Positions 24,018 to 41,460 are shown, numbered from the stretch's first letter. The stretch: DNA of 52,640 nt from Chromera velia (GCA_018398765.1 JAHBMJ010000249.1:1-52640), one strand, 5' to 3'. The notes: generated from the sequence alone by a model not told the origin. Program-made: numbers and translations.

Positions 24018-27000
24018 TCAGTCCAGCTCCATCATTTCCTTCTCTCCTTTGGTCTCACTATCGATGCACCCATTCCCCCCCCTTTCTTGCGTTCTCACCT
24101 CCCCTTCCTTGTCGGACTCCTTGATGTCGGACATCGTGAATGCTCCGTTTCTATTCCCACTCGCACTCTCAATGTCGTCAAAGAGTCCCGTCACAGATGC
24201 CGTCTCGGACACACAGTCGGCTTCTGCCCCTGTCTCCTTCTCGTTCTTCTCCCCCTGTTGAGGAACCTCACTCAGACTCTCCTCGTGCGGCTGGGCTTCC
24301 TGAATAGATGGGGTCGTCTTCGCAGAGGAATTCTCCTCCGCGGCTTTCTTTGATGCCTTTTCCTTTTCCTGCTTGGCCTTCTGCTCAGCCTGTTTCTGCC
24401 TCATTTCCTTGTCCTGCTCTTCCAGCTCTTCTTCGGAGAAGACTAGGAGGTGCACTATCTCACTAATCCCTTCCCTGCAATTAAGCATTCATTCGGTCAG
24501 AGAAAGAAGAAGTCACCTGTATTTTGAGCTTGAGTTGAGGAAGTGAGGAGGGCTTTTCGAACTCTTTCACCCCACTGCATTTTTTCTTTTCCTGTCAATT
24601 TTGCCTGAAAGGCATTCATTTGCTCGTGCGTGCGTCAACCCGCCTCCCAAGGTCGCAGATTCGTGTTTTCCTTTTTGTCTGCGTGCCTGTGAGCACTTCG
24701 TTTAGCTGGATTGATTTCTGTCTGTCTGTCTGAGACTATGAACCTGGTTCAGCATAACTGCGAGCCCACCTGACTGACTGACTTAATTTCTCCAGTCTCC
24801 TCAGAAAGGTCCCAAATTCTCAGAACGTCGAAGAGACCCGCCTTCCTCCCTGCCTCCCTTCCCGACTTAGTCTTCAGAAGCTGAGTCACAGAAGAGAGCA
24901 AAGACCTCCGGGCCTCCAGAGATACGGGGGGCCCACAGGCCTCCCGCTGCAGAGAGAAGAGACAAACGGAATTGGCAGACAAACAGACACTGACACAGAC
25001 AGACAGGCTATATGTTTCTTCTTCTCCCTTCTTTTCTTCATGAACACAACAGACAAAAAGAAAGAAAGAACAAAGACAAAAGAACAACACAGACAGACAG
25101 ACAGACGGAAAGGGAAGACAGACAGATGCATGCGAGGCCCCTTCCATATTGAGGGATGGAAAGGGAAAGGACAGACCGCGAGCCTCAAGAGACACGCGAG
25201 CGCGACACAAGGAAGGGGTGTGCTCTCGAAAGGAATCTGCGAACCTAGCACGAAAAGAACTCAAAGATCAAAACAGAACAGGCAGAGTGACTCTGGCAGC
25301 AGAACGGAAAGGAAGGATTAGAGAAAGGAAAGGAAGGACAAGAGAAAGGTAAAACATAGACAAAGAGAGTCAGACAGGGAAAAAAAAAACAGAAGTAGGG
25401 GAGGGAAGGTCGAGCGAGAACGAACTTACAAGAATGAAGGGGTGTACACTCGTCAAGTCCTCCTTATCCTCTTCAATCACCTCCACCCGCATACTGCCGG
25501 CATTCTCGTCTGAACAACCCGCGCCCTGCCCAACCATCCCCTCTCGTATGTGCGTCTTCGCTCTGAGTCTTCTTCTCTTATCCCCAGAAGGTGGCAGCAG
25601 AGCAGCACCAATCTGACACACAACCCCGGCAGCCTCAGAGACCTCCTCCCCCTCCACAACTCCCATCGCCTCATGACACTCCGCATCCGCACACAGATTC
25701 CAGAGAAGCTGCAGACATGCCTCGCGTCTTGGCAGCGTCACTCGGGCAGGATTGTTTTGTGGCGCTCGCAGGAAGCAAAGCAGCGAAGAGAGCAGAGCCC
25801 CGCCTCTGGCGCTCAACTCGTGTCTGCCCTTCTTGGAGGCGCTGATGTTCACTAGCAAGTGGACCGCGTGAATGTACTTGTCAGCCATCTCTCTGCAACA
25901 TGAATCACGTATGTATGAGTGTTGGAAGACTTCGGCCACAAGCCGAACAGACTCACTCGGCTTGTTCTGGCACCCGCCCATCTGCGCTCTCCTCGATGAT
26001 GTCTGTGCGTGTGATTCTCTCTCTCCCCCCCCCTCTCCCTCTCGCATTCACGAGTCAGTCTGGGCGATGGACTAGTTCGTTGCCCTCATTATGAATAACA
26101 AGAAAAGTATGTGTGCACACTTAATTCCTCTGGCCACCCAGATAGATACCTGTCAGAAGTCGGCTCAATGGGGCGGAGACACAAGTCGCAGATCAAGTTC
26201 AGAAACATTCCCTTCAATGCCTCGTCTTTTTCGGTCAGCTGCATCAGGGGGGAGGGATAGAAGCTACATCAGTTGCTTTCCAAGCAGAAATCATTTATGT
26301 CTTTTCAGCAGCGTCGGCGCAATCATTGCTTGGCTTTGCCAAACGTCGAGCAAGGGGCGATTCGGGAAGGGAAAAGAAATAAGGACATTTTTTACCTTTT
26401 TGGCGTGCGAGGCAGACGGAGCAGGATCGCAGGGCAAGAAAGGAAAGGACGATGAGAGATACTGCAAAGAGACGCCGAGGAAAAGATACGGACTCGCTCT
26501 CTCGGACTGAGAATTGGCCGAATTCAGACTTTTGAGCTTGCCTGCAATAGAGCCGCCTTCCCCGTGTCCAGCTGAGTCAGGTTAGTGAGCAGCATGAGAT
26601 GAAGGTGCTCAAAGTTTTGGTTGGCCGTCTTCCGTTTTGCCTGTTGACGGAGGGAGTCCATCACTCTGGCTACTCCTCGAGACTTGAGCATCCTTTCACC
26701 TGCAGTGCAGACACAACACAAGAGCATTTGAGGCAGGCAAAGTGGACACACACACGTGCAAACTCAACTGAAAGAAGGCAGAGATGACCAACACAGTTGG
26801 TGTGACTCTGCCAAGTTGATCATAGTCTTCAGGGACGTCTTGGCAATCTCCACGTTCTCATCGTCAACAGCTCTGAGGAGGCTCTTGATGGCTGTTTTCT
26901 CGTTCTCTTCCTTCTTCAGGAAATCGAGCAGAACGGACTGTTGGGAAAATGCAAGAACGGCATCAAACGCCTGGCTTCTGAGGTCCTCTCTTTGTGCTGA

Positions 27001-27051
27001 GAGGAAACCGATCAGGTCACGAAGATCCTCCTCAGAGACGGAGACTGACAT
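24018..27051 (-). CDS. HGH1: Protein HGH1 homolog (eEF2 co-chaperone, armadillo-like; DUF383/DUF384)
   Basis: Spliced exons give DLRDLIGFLSAQREDLRSQAFDAV..., SLKTMINLA, HLMLLTNLTQ, DKYIHAVHLLVNISASKKGR, RREACLQLLWNLCAD, QLLKTKSGRE...LFDVLRIWDLSE, IVHLLVFSEEE and an acidic tail. This is the recognisable HGH1 motif series. Confidence 0.8.
24990..25110 (-). repeat. Dispersed intronic repeat family B, copy in an HGH1 intron
   Basis: The reverse complement TGTTCTTTTGTCTTTGTTCTTTCTTTCTTTTTGTCTGTTGTGTTCATGAAGAAAAGAAGGGAGAAGAAGAAACATATAG matches 52426-52510 and 52000-52065. Confidence 0.85.
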
Positions 27052-30000
27052 CGCGTTGACAATGAAATCAGATTTATGAATCGAGTCGGGAAAAAAGGAC
27101 AGGCAAAGTCAAAAGGTACGCGTCTGGTCTTTCAGTAGGAGTCAGATACATGCTTGTCTGACAAGAAGCTATAGCTTAACACAAAGATCACTGTCTGAAT
27201 CATGCAGTTGTTAATGCGTGCACGAACCCGATTCTATTGTGCATGAAATCCGATTATGGTACGTCTTGCTGGCCGGGGCCCTGAGCTATACGTTCGCGTA
27301 TAGGGCCCGGCACGGATATATGGCAGCCGCCCGCCGGCCAAGATGCCGGGGCTCTTTCTGGGCCAAAGGACCCCCCAAAAAATTATTATTAATATTATCA
27401 CAGACAGTGAGGATGAGATAATTCCGTCTGCAAAAGTTCCGTCTGCACTTCATACTCTGTGCTGCTGCAGTTGCGAGATGAGTTTCGCTCATTGCGTCGA
27501 CGACAACGCTGTGACTTTCCCCGTACATACCCGTACACCAACTGTGGAAGAGTATGCCGCCGCGGTGAAGGAGTGTTGCGACTTAGACTTGCCAAATGCC
27601 TACAGAAGGTTCCCTTACGCATGTTGCGGGACACAGGTTGGGTCTGGACTGCGAGTCTCTATCTTAGCTTTCTCGAAACTAGCTTCGGGCATCACAGAGC
27701 CGAAACACAGGGAAGCCACGGCTAAGGTAAAAGAAGCAGTGCAGTCCGCAATGGCTAAAACCTGCACACATTGTGGCCTTCATTCTTTCCTCTGCGTTGA
27801 AAATCGGTGTAGAAAGTATGCAAAGCGCGGGTGCAGTTACTCAATTGAGGCAGAAGAGAAGTCAGTCTGAGATGTCTTCCAGTGGGAAAAGTAAAAAACA
27901 GTTGTCAAAAAAAGAAATTACCGGCATGCTGGGAGAGCAGATCCTGACCACGAGACCAACACAGGAAGTGATAGAGAGGATAGCGAAAGTGATGAAGACG
28001 GAAAGGCAGAGGAAGATGAAATAGAAGCACTAAAGGAGCTGAGAGTCAACAGTTTCTGCTGGCTATCGAATCTTTTCCTGTCTGTTGTCGTCCAGAATGC
28101 TCCATGGGTGTTCGACTACCCCAAAAATTTCTCCGCCTTGAACGGACTGGTCCTCTATTGCAATAGGTTGAGGACGGCCAACGACGACCCCGTGCCTCCT
28201 TCCCAATTTCTTCCTCTTCAAGGTGAGAACGATGCATACTGGCACTGCACGGCCCATCAATGACTTCTTGATTGTTTAAAATGTTTTCAAAAGCTCCTCT
28301 TGTTAGTCTTTGATCTCAATCCATGCACTAAAAGCTGTTTACGTGATTCAGACTACCTTCGACATCCAGATACAAGACTCTGGCGTCTTCTTCCCAGCTC
28401 TAGCTGCCTTTGTATTTACGTCTATTGCATATAATTCTCAAAATATTTTAATGCGTGCTTGACGTAAATGCGATTGCTCCATGCTGCAGGAGATGCAATA
28501 ACAGAAAATTATCTCCTGGTCTGCCATGAATATGCCGAAGCCATTAGTCACAGACGTTAACCACCGAACGTGTTAGTTCTTCATTGAAATGGCGACCCTC
28601 ATATGAAGGAAGCCTACGCTCCCCATGAAACCGTCCTGGAAGTGCTCCAACCGGATTGGGCACAGGCCATCACACCGATTGAAGCAGCACTTGTCAGCAA
28701 GGTCGGTGCACAGGAACAAGCGACTGACTGCGATGCCCTAGGGCGATACCAGCGACTAACTCCTAGTTTTGCGGGCGCATCTCGTACCTACCTTCCATAG
28801 ATGTTGGCATGCAGAGGGGGGTAAATGAAAAAACTGCTGACATGCTTTTGTGTGTGTTTTCATATCAATGCCAACTTCCTCGGACCAGTCAAATACTCGA
28901 AACTTCATTTCTGCAGGTTCGCATGGCTGCCTAAATTTATAAAATGACTCCGGCAGGTATCCGTGTGAGCCGGCAGAGCAAACTGCGGAGCTATCATCAC
29001 ATCCAAAGCACCATGACGTTCTTTCCACAAGACATCAAATTTTTTTTTTGAATCTAGTAGACGTCAATGCGATCTACGAGTGCTTGGAGGCACATGAGCG
29101 AACTCTCCCTCGACCTCTCAGCTCCCTCTGAGGTACCATGAGGATCTTGTACAAAGGCAAAAAGGATGACCTGGCTTCTCAGTTGAGACATTCCCTTTCT
29201 TTTGATCCCTAAATCGTCCTGTAAGTAATCCGTTGGAAGTATAAATACGATCATCGGTACATTGCAGAAGGGTGGTCAGTTGACGAAGAGGGAATTCAAG
29301 AGATGGAGGAGTTTATGACTCATGCGGAGGCAAAGGGCTCCCACTAGATCATGATTAAACTGGGGCTTGTAGAGGAAGAAAAAAATGAGGAAGAAGAAGC
29401 AGAAATTAATGGGCGGCAGAGCCACGCAGGTTCGACACCCGCAAACTTGTAACCTGCCCAGCATGCTTCTCAGACAAGCTTGAAAGGACGACCAACGTCC
29501 ACTTCCCATGCTCGGGGTCAATGTGGTGTGCACGTTGGATCATAGAGAGCTTCTCGGCAGTACCGACCCGCCTCTCAGACGTGTGCTTCCAAAAAACACT
29601 GACCGTCGCAGAAATATACAACGATAGAGACTCACACAGATACCGATGATCCCCCTCCCCTTTCCGCTTCGGAAGATGAAGACGAAAATGATGATTCCCC
29701 TGAAGCTCCCCTTTGCGCTTCAGAAGATGAGGATGGAGAGGAAGAACCGCCTTCTCTCGTGAATTCAGACGATGAAGAGTCGGACACAGAGACAGGGTCT
29801 GTATCAAAGCTGCTCGTTGTTCGCTGGAAAGTCTCTGGCATGGTAGACCGTGGCTTTTGCGGCGTTCCATCACACCAATGTACTCAACACGCCATAAAAC
29901 GCGAAGCAGCAGTCGCGCGAGCAGCCATAGAAGAAGCAACACGCAGAGAAACAGGGAGGCAAACCCACCGTCCCCCCTCCTCTGCAGCGTTCCGTCGCGC

Positions 30001-31198
30001 AGGTCTATATTCACGCCCTCGGGCAACGGACCCGCCTGAACCCACCCGAGAAGAGAAAGAAAACATAGAGGAGAAAACAAAACTGCCTGAGGAGTATGGG
30101 ACCTTAATCATGCCCCCCAGCAGCCATGAACCACTAGATACCTACACGTCCTCGTGGTTGCTCGTGGATGCCTACCCAGAAGTGTTCTTGTATGGTATTA
30201 GCGGTTTTAAGGATGTAGGAAATAAGTGAAAAAATATGGCCGTCCCGGAATGTGAATACTTCCCCCCTCTTAGTCTGCAGGCCCGCGCCCGCATCAAACT
30301 AATGAATGTCCGACAGAGTGCAGCCCGATGCCCATCTTTCCCCTTCTCAGTCCTTTGCATCTTACAAACTCAGTAAGCCCACTGTGAGTCTTATCTTGCA
30401 TTCTTGCATGGGTGGCAAGAGACGGAAATCATCAACACGCTCGATACAAAGGAAATAGAACAGCTTGCAGAGGCGGTCAAAGCACAACAAGGCAGTCAGT
30501 CAAGCACGCAGAGCCATCTGCCGAAAAAGCTGCAGAAGCTGTTGAACTCCCTGACTACGGCCTCCAAAAAAGTGATGGGAACTGTTATAGTGCTTGGTTG
30601 AATGTCATGGCGTTCATTGATGCGATCGATGATCGTGTACGCAGGACCCCTTCTCTTCTTCCATACACATAACCCGAACGAGTTTCAGACGGCGTTGGTG
30701 TGGAGGCGTGTCAATCAATTTTTCAGATTCGAGTTTCCTCATAAGTTGACAACGGAAAACCAGCAGGTTACCACAGAATCCAATCCTGTCGCGGTCGCCC
30801 AGTTTTTCGAAGACCGCATGCAGTCCCTCTTTCGATTGTTTCTAAGACTCCCAGCCGTTGCCTCAGCCCCTATGCATAAGAGGCTGGTGCATCCCGGAGC
30901 TCGATGTTCTTACACAGCAGCCCCGTGTTCAGGTGACTGTCCTCCCAGTGATGCCCATCACAATCCCGTCACTGTTAGAGTTTAAGGTTCCACGCCTGCC
31001 GCAGCGCATCCCTGCCCATCATCCCCTATCGAATCCTGCACCGAGCAGTCAGACAACCATATCTCCTCATCTGTCCCCGTTAAAAATCCTACGGCTCCCA
31101 GAAAAACTCTTGGTAGCCTCCGGAACGGTCTGAAGGCAACGTTGAAGGAACTTGAAGAGGAGGTGGAGACGGAAGGATAGGATCCCGCCGGGGTCGGG

Positions 31199-32107
31199 GT
31201 GTTAGACCCACTGGAGGCAGTCTTCTCCACCGTTGAGACGGGGACAAAAGGTAACCCGCACGCCCACCATCCATTGTGGGCACGTCGTCTGCTTCCAAAC
31301 CATGAGCTGATTCAATGCCTCGATGAAGAACCACCATTCCGCAAGGAAGTAGAGGGTTTTATCTCAACCACAGTGCAGGAAGACTTCTGCCAAATAGCAG
31401 AGTTTCCTCCGGTTTGTCCTATAGATTTTGGTCTGACTGCTTTGTCATCTCCAGAAAGCCGAGAGCAAAGGCAGGCATTGCAAGATTGGGCGAAGGCGAT
31501 AGAGATGCCGGAGGGGGTTTTAAAGTCAATCCTTGAAGCTCTTGATTACGAGGAAGCCGGAAAACTACTGATTACGTGGGCACACACAGAGAATGAGCGA
31601 GATACTGTGGCATTAGACATGGAAGAAGATCCCCTCACTCTGGAAGTAGAAGATATGGGGGGCTTCAATATTGTTAATCAAAGGGGGGCTGTCGGACTAA
31701 CAGGTGCACGTCTTCTTCACGCTGCTAGAAAGTTTGTTCTCCACAAGATTACTCACACACCAACGTGTTTCAAAACCGTTTGGAGCCGCCTTAAGAACAT
31801 CTGCCGCTTCGGATTGCGAAAGGCTTTGATTGAGTTTACAGAGTGGAAGGTGAAAGAAAGGATGGTAATTGAACGCAAGTATGGCTGGTCGACAGGTTAT
31901 AATCATTGGATCCTTCTTGCCCATATCCACAACCATGACCTCAAGCCCCTCCTTGGTCGAGCAGAGCGCGTAAATGCAACTATCGCTTACGGGTGTAACT
32001 ACTCCAGCAAAGCCGAGCTCTCCTACTTCAACTTTTTGATCTTTTTCGCTCATGTAAGCACAGAAAGATACAAGCACGACAACACTCTTGACCTTCAAGT
32101 CCTTTGA
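31199..32107 (+). pseudogene. Helitron HUH Rep catalytic domain fragment
   Basis: HUH motif PHAH preceded by VETGTKG, and the two-Tyr motif YGCNYSSK. Confidence 0.85.
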
Positions 32108-35100
32108 CTTTCTCACCATGCAACCCTCTGCCGTATAATTAAAATGATATTTCCTTTTGTTCGATTTCTCGTCTGAAAATTAAGATCATGAAAGACGCTG
32201 CCATGCACCACATGCAGGTATTAACGACAGATCCAAACATACTTGATTGCTCTGTTTTATGCATGTTTTCATGCAGGCGCGATCCTGGATGCTCGCCAAA
32301 GATGACAAGGAGTCTGACGAGGTAGAAGCAAAGTGGTTCATGAACGCGCTCCACAATGCCCTTCGGTTAAAACAGCAGATGAGTGCACCGATGGCGTGTC
32401 ATTTGCTCCTAAACTGGACTCCCGACACAAATCTTTCCCCCAAAATGAATCGAAGAGACCGATTTTCATAGTATACTTTTTCTACGCTTTATGTCAGCAA
32501 CGTCCTTTATGCGCTTCATTCCTTGCTGAGGGTGGACACCAAAAAATCGGACGCTGTGTCAAAGCCTGCTTCGGCGTCCCCTGCCCCGTCAGCACCTCTT
32601 TTCACCGCTGACAGCTTACCTCAATGGAGGGAAACCTTTCTGTTCCAGTTTACCGACTTGTCTCCAGTGTTTGAAGCCCCCAACTCAGAAGCAATGGATG
32701 ACCGCAGTCATGGCGATGCAGGACGAACCCCGCGTCGACCATATTCTGCACCGCCTCCTCGGCGCCGCAGCTTTGACACTGCTTTTTCCGAAGAAGCAGC
32801 GTCTGAGGCAGAAGCCTCCTTAGATGAAACCTCCGAGATGCAGCTGACATCAAATCTAACTCCAAGGTCTTGTATCCCTCCAGTGGATACGACAGCTGGT
32901 TCTCACTTAGAGTCAGCCATTCAACAAGATACTTTTCCTATAGTTGACCGCCTCTCCCGTCGACTCTGTTATGGAGAATCGCTTCCAACAGACTCTCCGA
33001 TGCTAATGACCCGTCGGGTGAGATTCATAGACTCATTTGAGGTCTGCGATCGGCTGTAAGAGGACAGCCATAGCCCTGTTCATGTCGAATGGGCCAAACT
33101 CTTGCAAGAAGATCGGGCAGAGGAGACAGACTTTGGTATTGTTAATGATTCGGGAGCACATACAGAAGACCGACCTGGCAATAGACAGGGAGAAGAGGAA
33201 GAAGAACAAGAAGAACTTCAAAAAGAAGAAGAAAAAGAAGAAGAAGCCAAAGAAGGGGTAGAAAGAGCTAACGGGGAGGCTCAGGACAAGGCCGAGCTAG
33301 AGGGAGAAGCTCCTATTTCTGAGGAACACCTGTCCTCATGGGAGTTTTTCAACCCCGATAATGTACCTAAGTGGGCATCTAGAAGGGCTCTTCGCCTTCG
33401 GAGGGGAGAGCTTTTCCTGCATGACCGTTTCAGTCTCTATTATGCCTGCCCGCCCGCTCTCTCCTCGTTCTCCCTATTCAAGTTTTGTATGTGGGTCAAA
33501 ATCGTTCTTGCACCAAGACGTGCTTCTGATGGAGTCGCGTTTGAGCGCTCGTTGTCTCATCAAAAGAAAACATTGACCACAGACCCTGAGGGAGATACAC
33601 TAAAACGCGGTTTCGTCCCTATTCCCCCAAAGGAAGCAGATGACGGTCTTGGATGGGAATTTGGAGGATGGTACATAGAGTTTGAGAGGGAAAGAAGGGG
33701 TGCTTCCCACCACGGCAAAGCCGAATTGAGACTTCTGGACCGACCCCACATTTCTAACCTCAACGGACTCTCTTTACGGTCCGATAGCTGCACTGGTGCC
33801 TTAGACGCCGCTTCCCTCCTGGGACTCTTCCTTTTTACCCCTCACTACAATTTCCGTCAGCTTACCAGAAAGGTCCTCGAAGCATCACCCATTGCAACTA
33901 CGTACCAAGAGGAGCTGTAGCAAGACCTGCCTCCGCACTCTGACAGCATCTTTCTTGACAAGACACCAACTCTTGCACTGCAGCCAGAATTCAGAGGTAC
34001 TTTCATTGTAGGTGCAGTAGAGCAATTCTTTGGTTCGCCTTTATCTGACCACTGGCAGCTTTTGGTTCACAAAAGTTGCACCCGCCTCCATGAGGAGATA
34101 CAAAACCTCTCCTCTCCGCTGGTGCTCCTCTATGAACGTTACTTCTACTATGCTAACCTGTTGTCATTGCAGCGACGTCACTCCAAAATCGAAGCCGACA
34201 TTGCAGACAGAAAAAAAAAAGAAGATCACGCTGCAGTACACGACCCTTACGGTCCTCAACGGCAGGCAATCAAAGACAACTGTCGGGGAGGGCTGAGTAG
34301 AGATGATGAAGGAACCTATAAAGTTTCCTTCCAAAAATTTGAACAGAAAGGCCCATGCAGGCCGCAAGCCCTCCTCAAATCCCTCATTGCACCCACCCAA
34401 GGCTCGTCTTCAGCAGTGAGCACCGGTATCATCACCGAGACAATGGACACCCTGAAGTCCCGCATCGCTGCAATCGAAAAAAGGTCTGAACAGCAGCAGT
34501 CTGACAAAAAGAAGCCACGCACCAATCCCTTTCTCCTCTCAGAGGACACTTCGGTGACGTCGATGCACGACTTTCTTTACAAGCTCTCGCAAACAAAACT
34601 CGATTTCAAAGTGGCCGAACAAAAACGTATCGCACAACTGAACAACAAGTTGAACACGTTACAGCAACCGTCCGATGCTTCAGCTTCTTCCCAACCTCCA
34701 CCCCCTCGAACAGGGTCCGACAAGTCTGCATCTATCTGGAGCAGCGCCGCATATCCAAACGCTCAGCCACAGCATCCTGTCTTCGACAAAGACTTTCTGA
34801 AGAAATTGATTGAAGACGAGATCGATAAGTACACGACAAAGCTGAACGATCTCCAACGTCTTGCCGTTCGTATCTGCTTTGAAGGCCTTCTCAGTGCAGA
34901 TGACGAAGGTTAGTTTTCGTGTTTACATACCGTTTCTGTTTTTTTCGGTTTTGAAATTCTAGTATATCATCTTTGGCTTCCTTTAGAGCCTTTCACACGT
35001 CGGCATCAAAACGTTCTATATCATTCAGACAGCTTTCAAAAACTTGTAACAACAATGTGTAAGATCAGCTCAGGACCCTGTTTTCTTTCTTTACAAGTCT

Positions 35101-35274
35101 CTTACACTTGCATCTGCAGCATACGTCATCTGAACTATGTTTACTACAACAGGCATCAAGACGCTATTATATTATCCATCATCGTGCAAACCTTAGACAG
35201 TCCATCTCACTTTTAACAGATCGTGCATATCTCTAACACCCGAGTTTTTTATGCTTTACACTCCCTTCTTGCAG

Positions 35275-37255
35275 AGCTGGATAGCATTTGGGCATTCATT
35301 AGAGGTGAGGGAGGGACCGGGAAATCCGAAGTCATTCACACTATCTTGGACGTCCTCAAGAGCCTCAGCCTCGCCCACTTATGTCGCACATCAGCACCGA
35401 CTGGAATTGTAAGTATTGCTGTGGAGGGGCGCACCACTGCCTCTCTTTTCCACAAATACCACCAAAACGATGCGACGCTCGGACAAGTTCCAAGGCAAAA
35501 GAAGCAGCTTGAGGAAAATATGGTGAATGTGAAGCTGTTGTTCCTTGACAAGTTGTCAATGCTTGGGCTTGAGTCCCTCGGGCTTTGCTCCAATCGGATA
35601 ATGATGGGTAAGGGGAACACACAAGTGTTTAGGGGCATACGTGTGGTGTTCGTTGGAGATCTTTTCCAGCTGCCAGCTGTCCTTAAGATACCCCTGTATA
35701 CCTGCTCGCTGAAGAGCCCCGACGTGCTCAAAGAAAACCGTCCTGGAGGCATATACGCCCGCGCCCATTTAGAAACTGGCTTCAAAATTTTTAACCACCA
35801 GATCCATCATGCAGTTATCCTGAAGGAACACATGCGTGCTCTGGGCGATCCTGTTTTCTCTGCATTGTTAAAGCGGCTGTACGACAGCGAGATGACACAG
35901 GCTAATATCACCCTTCTTCAGTCCTTCATTCTGGATAATAATTTTTTCGATCGGATGGATGAAGAACAGGCAGCGTTATTCAAGACTGCTCCTATCATCA
36001 TGCAGTCCAACGACGTCCGCTTGGCCGTGACACTTCAGCTTGCACTCAAACATGCTGCAAAACTCGATGCCATGGTGTATATTTCCACCACCTGGGTTGG
36101 TCATACTGGGCGATCCTTCACAACGGCTGAGATCGCACAGCTTCTCCGCGAGAGTGAGACCCACTACCATGGCTTTCCAGGCATCGGTTTGTACTTCATT
36201 GGAATGCGCTGCATGATCTACTACAACCAGTCAGCGCCACTTACTGTTGCTAATGGCCAAAAAGGTGACATCGTTGACATCTTCCCCTCCGAGCAAGATC
36301 TCGATATAAAGCCAGTGGAGACCATAATTTTAGGTCCGCTCTGTATATATGTGTATGTCTTTTATTCCTTCAATGAAGAATCGACTTCATACAGCTTTTC
36401 ATATTCTAAGTTTTGCAATTTTTTGATACACGTCGATCATCCTTCGAGTCAAAGTGTAGCGCCTGCATGCATAATAACAGACCCATTTGAATTTCAGCAT
36501 TGTTTTCAAAGTACAAGCACCGTATGTGAAAACACCACTTAATTCGAAAACAGGAACTCACTATCAAAATTTTGAAACAGATGCATAAGAACAATAAATT
36601 GAATCATACCTTCTTCTTACCTGAATGTAGGAATTCGTGTGAAAGCAAAGTTTTGTAAAGCGCCCCTCATAGGTGTTGATGTGCGCTCTCATGTTCCTTT
36701 GTCGATTGCGGATCAACTCTCCGCTAAGTACAGATCAGATCCGACCCCCACCTCAACGCGTTCTGCTTCTTCAACCGATACCTCTCAAGCAATACGGTCT
36801 CAGGCACCATCTGCGAATCTAGGCACAACAAATCGCAGAAAACTGGTTCAGGTCACCCTACCAGTTATGATGAGAAAGCCTACCCTGTCAAACGAAAGGC
36901 ATATTCAGATGGCAAAATCTATTTCTTCCGTAGAGGCTTGTGCGTTGTGCCCCTCTACAGTTTTACTTACTACAAGGGAGAAGGAGCGTCTCTCGATGCG
37001 GCAATTTTGGATCTCCTGCCCACCCAAAGGTTAAAACCAGGCCGCGTGTGGGTGGCTTGGTATGTGATGCTTTCAAAGCTCACTAAACGTCGTGGCCTTA
37101 GCATTCTTCACCAATTCTTACCGTCAAATGCTTTGAGAGACTTGGATGCCTTTCTGCGCGAACTCCGTCCCCCAGAAGCTCTCATCACCATGATAAAACG
37201 GATTGAGAAGATTGCCAAAGCCACCGTCAGAAAGTTTCGTGCTTATGCACACTAA
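35275..37255 (+). pseudogene. Helitron Pif1-family (SF1B) helicase domain, frameshifted
   Basis: Walker A GEGGTGKS, degenerate Walker B LDKLSM (for DExSM), and GDLFQLPAV. Probable introns at 34909-35274 and 36334-36630. C-terminal motifs lie in ORF 36938-37255. Confidence 0.88.
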
Positions 37256-37898
37256 CCATGTGCCTAACATTGTTTCTACACATATTATTATTATACTTTA
37301 TAGCCAGTATAGAACAATTTCATTATATTGAATTTAATCATTATTCTTTTTAAACTCGGTTTTCTACAAAAAGATTTAATATAGATTTGTTTTAAACAAT
37401 TAGTGTTACCTTAGAAATTGCGTTACTTCAAACAGCTGTAACGTATGTCCTAACCGTCTCCGCACTGTGCTAGTAGGCGGCAGCGCTGTGTTCAGTGGAA
37501 GAGCAGTCCTTCTACTCGAAATCTCACATGCCTGTATCTCAGTACGCATGTATAGATAGACGGATGCATGCCAATTCGATGCCAAATACACGTACGGCGC
37601 GAAAAATCAATAAATCTCGGCATGGCTCAAACACCACCCCGTGAACGATCGGTCGCGCGCACAATTTAAAATCGTCCTGGCACAAGCCACAGTACCAATG
37701 CGCACACTCTCCATCCTGACATACCAGACAAGCAACCGCAATTCCAACACACAACATCACGCGCGACCCCCCCCTTCGGTCTCGCCAGTGTCTTTTTTCT
37801 ATCGCTTCTGGCTCTGTGTGCTACGTAAAAGAGACGTTCGATCGAAGATCAATAGGACAAAAAGAATCGAAATAAGGAAGATACACATATAAACATAT

Positions 37899-40559
<2,661 letters not shown>

Positions 40560-41460
40560 AGCCCCATCCCCCCAATATTAATTCTCATTCAAAAAAATCT
40601 TTTAAATAACATTCATGTTAAATTATGCATGTTTTTTTCGTTGAAATTTTCGATTGATTCTAATTTAATAACGATTGTAAAAAAATCATAATTCTTCATA
40701 TTTTTATGAAAAATGATTATATTACATTGTGTGATAATGCATGTCTTGGCTAGCCAAAACCCAAATGATGCTAATATGCTATAATATACGCTAGTAGGCC
40801 CACTTTGGGGCCGGTTTTGACCACAATAATTATAATCACAATCAATGAAGGCTGAAAAAAAATATTAAGTAATCAAGTATACAAATGACTTAAAAAAGAC
40901 GCATCATGTTATACCATGCATATTAAAATTTTAATTCTCAAAAAATATATATAGCCGTCCGGGAGCTTAGAGCTCCAACAGGGGTTAGACATTCTCTAAC
41001 TAACTAATAAGTAACACAGTATTCCTTGTAAGATAGTAGTTTTTACATACATACCTGTAACTACCTATAACTGAAATTTGATTCCAAATTTTTTAATTGT
41101 AGACTTTGATCTAAATATATGATGATTGAGGTTTTTATTATGCATGCCGCATCCCCGTGTATGAGGAGCAGATCTCGCCTAGTCTGTTAAAAAGTTCCGG
41201 TTCGTCCTATCTGTTCTAAATCTAAGAACACTGCTCATTGATCACTTTTATTGTGGCTTATTTCTTAAGTGGCGATAGAGTAGGACTCGGAAAACAACGA
41301 AAAGAGGGGGGAGACAGGGCAAAAACTTTCTAAAAGTTTGTCCCCTTGGCAAAGGCTACCCTTTGACGGCGGAGAACAACTTCAAAGAGACCCTTCCGAT
41401 TAATTTACCCCTTATTTTCTCAACCTTCTTTTCTTCCTTTCTTTTGATACGCTTGCCCCC

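Larger units (their letters stand above)
27270..37475 (+). mobile_element. Helitron (Rep/Pif1-helicase rolling-circle transposon), degenerate, intron-containing; ends uncertain
   Basis: Cys-rich N-terminal ORF 27343-27870. Rep motifs PLLFFHTHNPNE and NPVAVAQFF (30.6-30.8 kb), VETGTKGNPHAH, HTPTCFK...CRFG, YNHWIL...HNHDLK and YGCNYSSKAE (31.2-32.0 kb). Pif1 motifs GEGGTGKS, APTGIVS, LFLDKLSML, VGDLFQLPAV, LKEHMR, ANGQKG, PLYSFTYYKGEGASL and YVMLSK (35.3-37.1 kb). Multiple stops and frameshifts. Confidence 0.9.
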
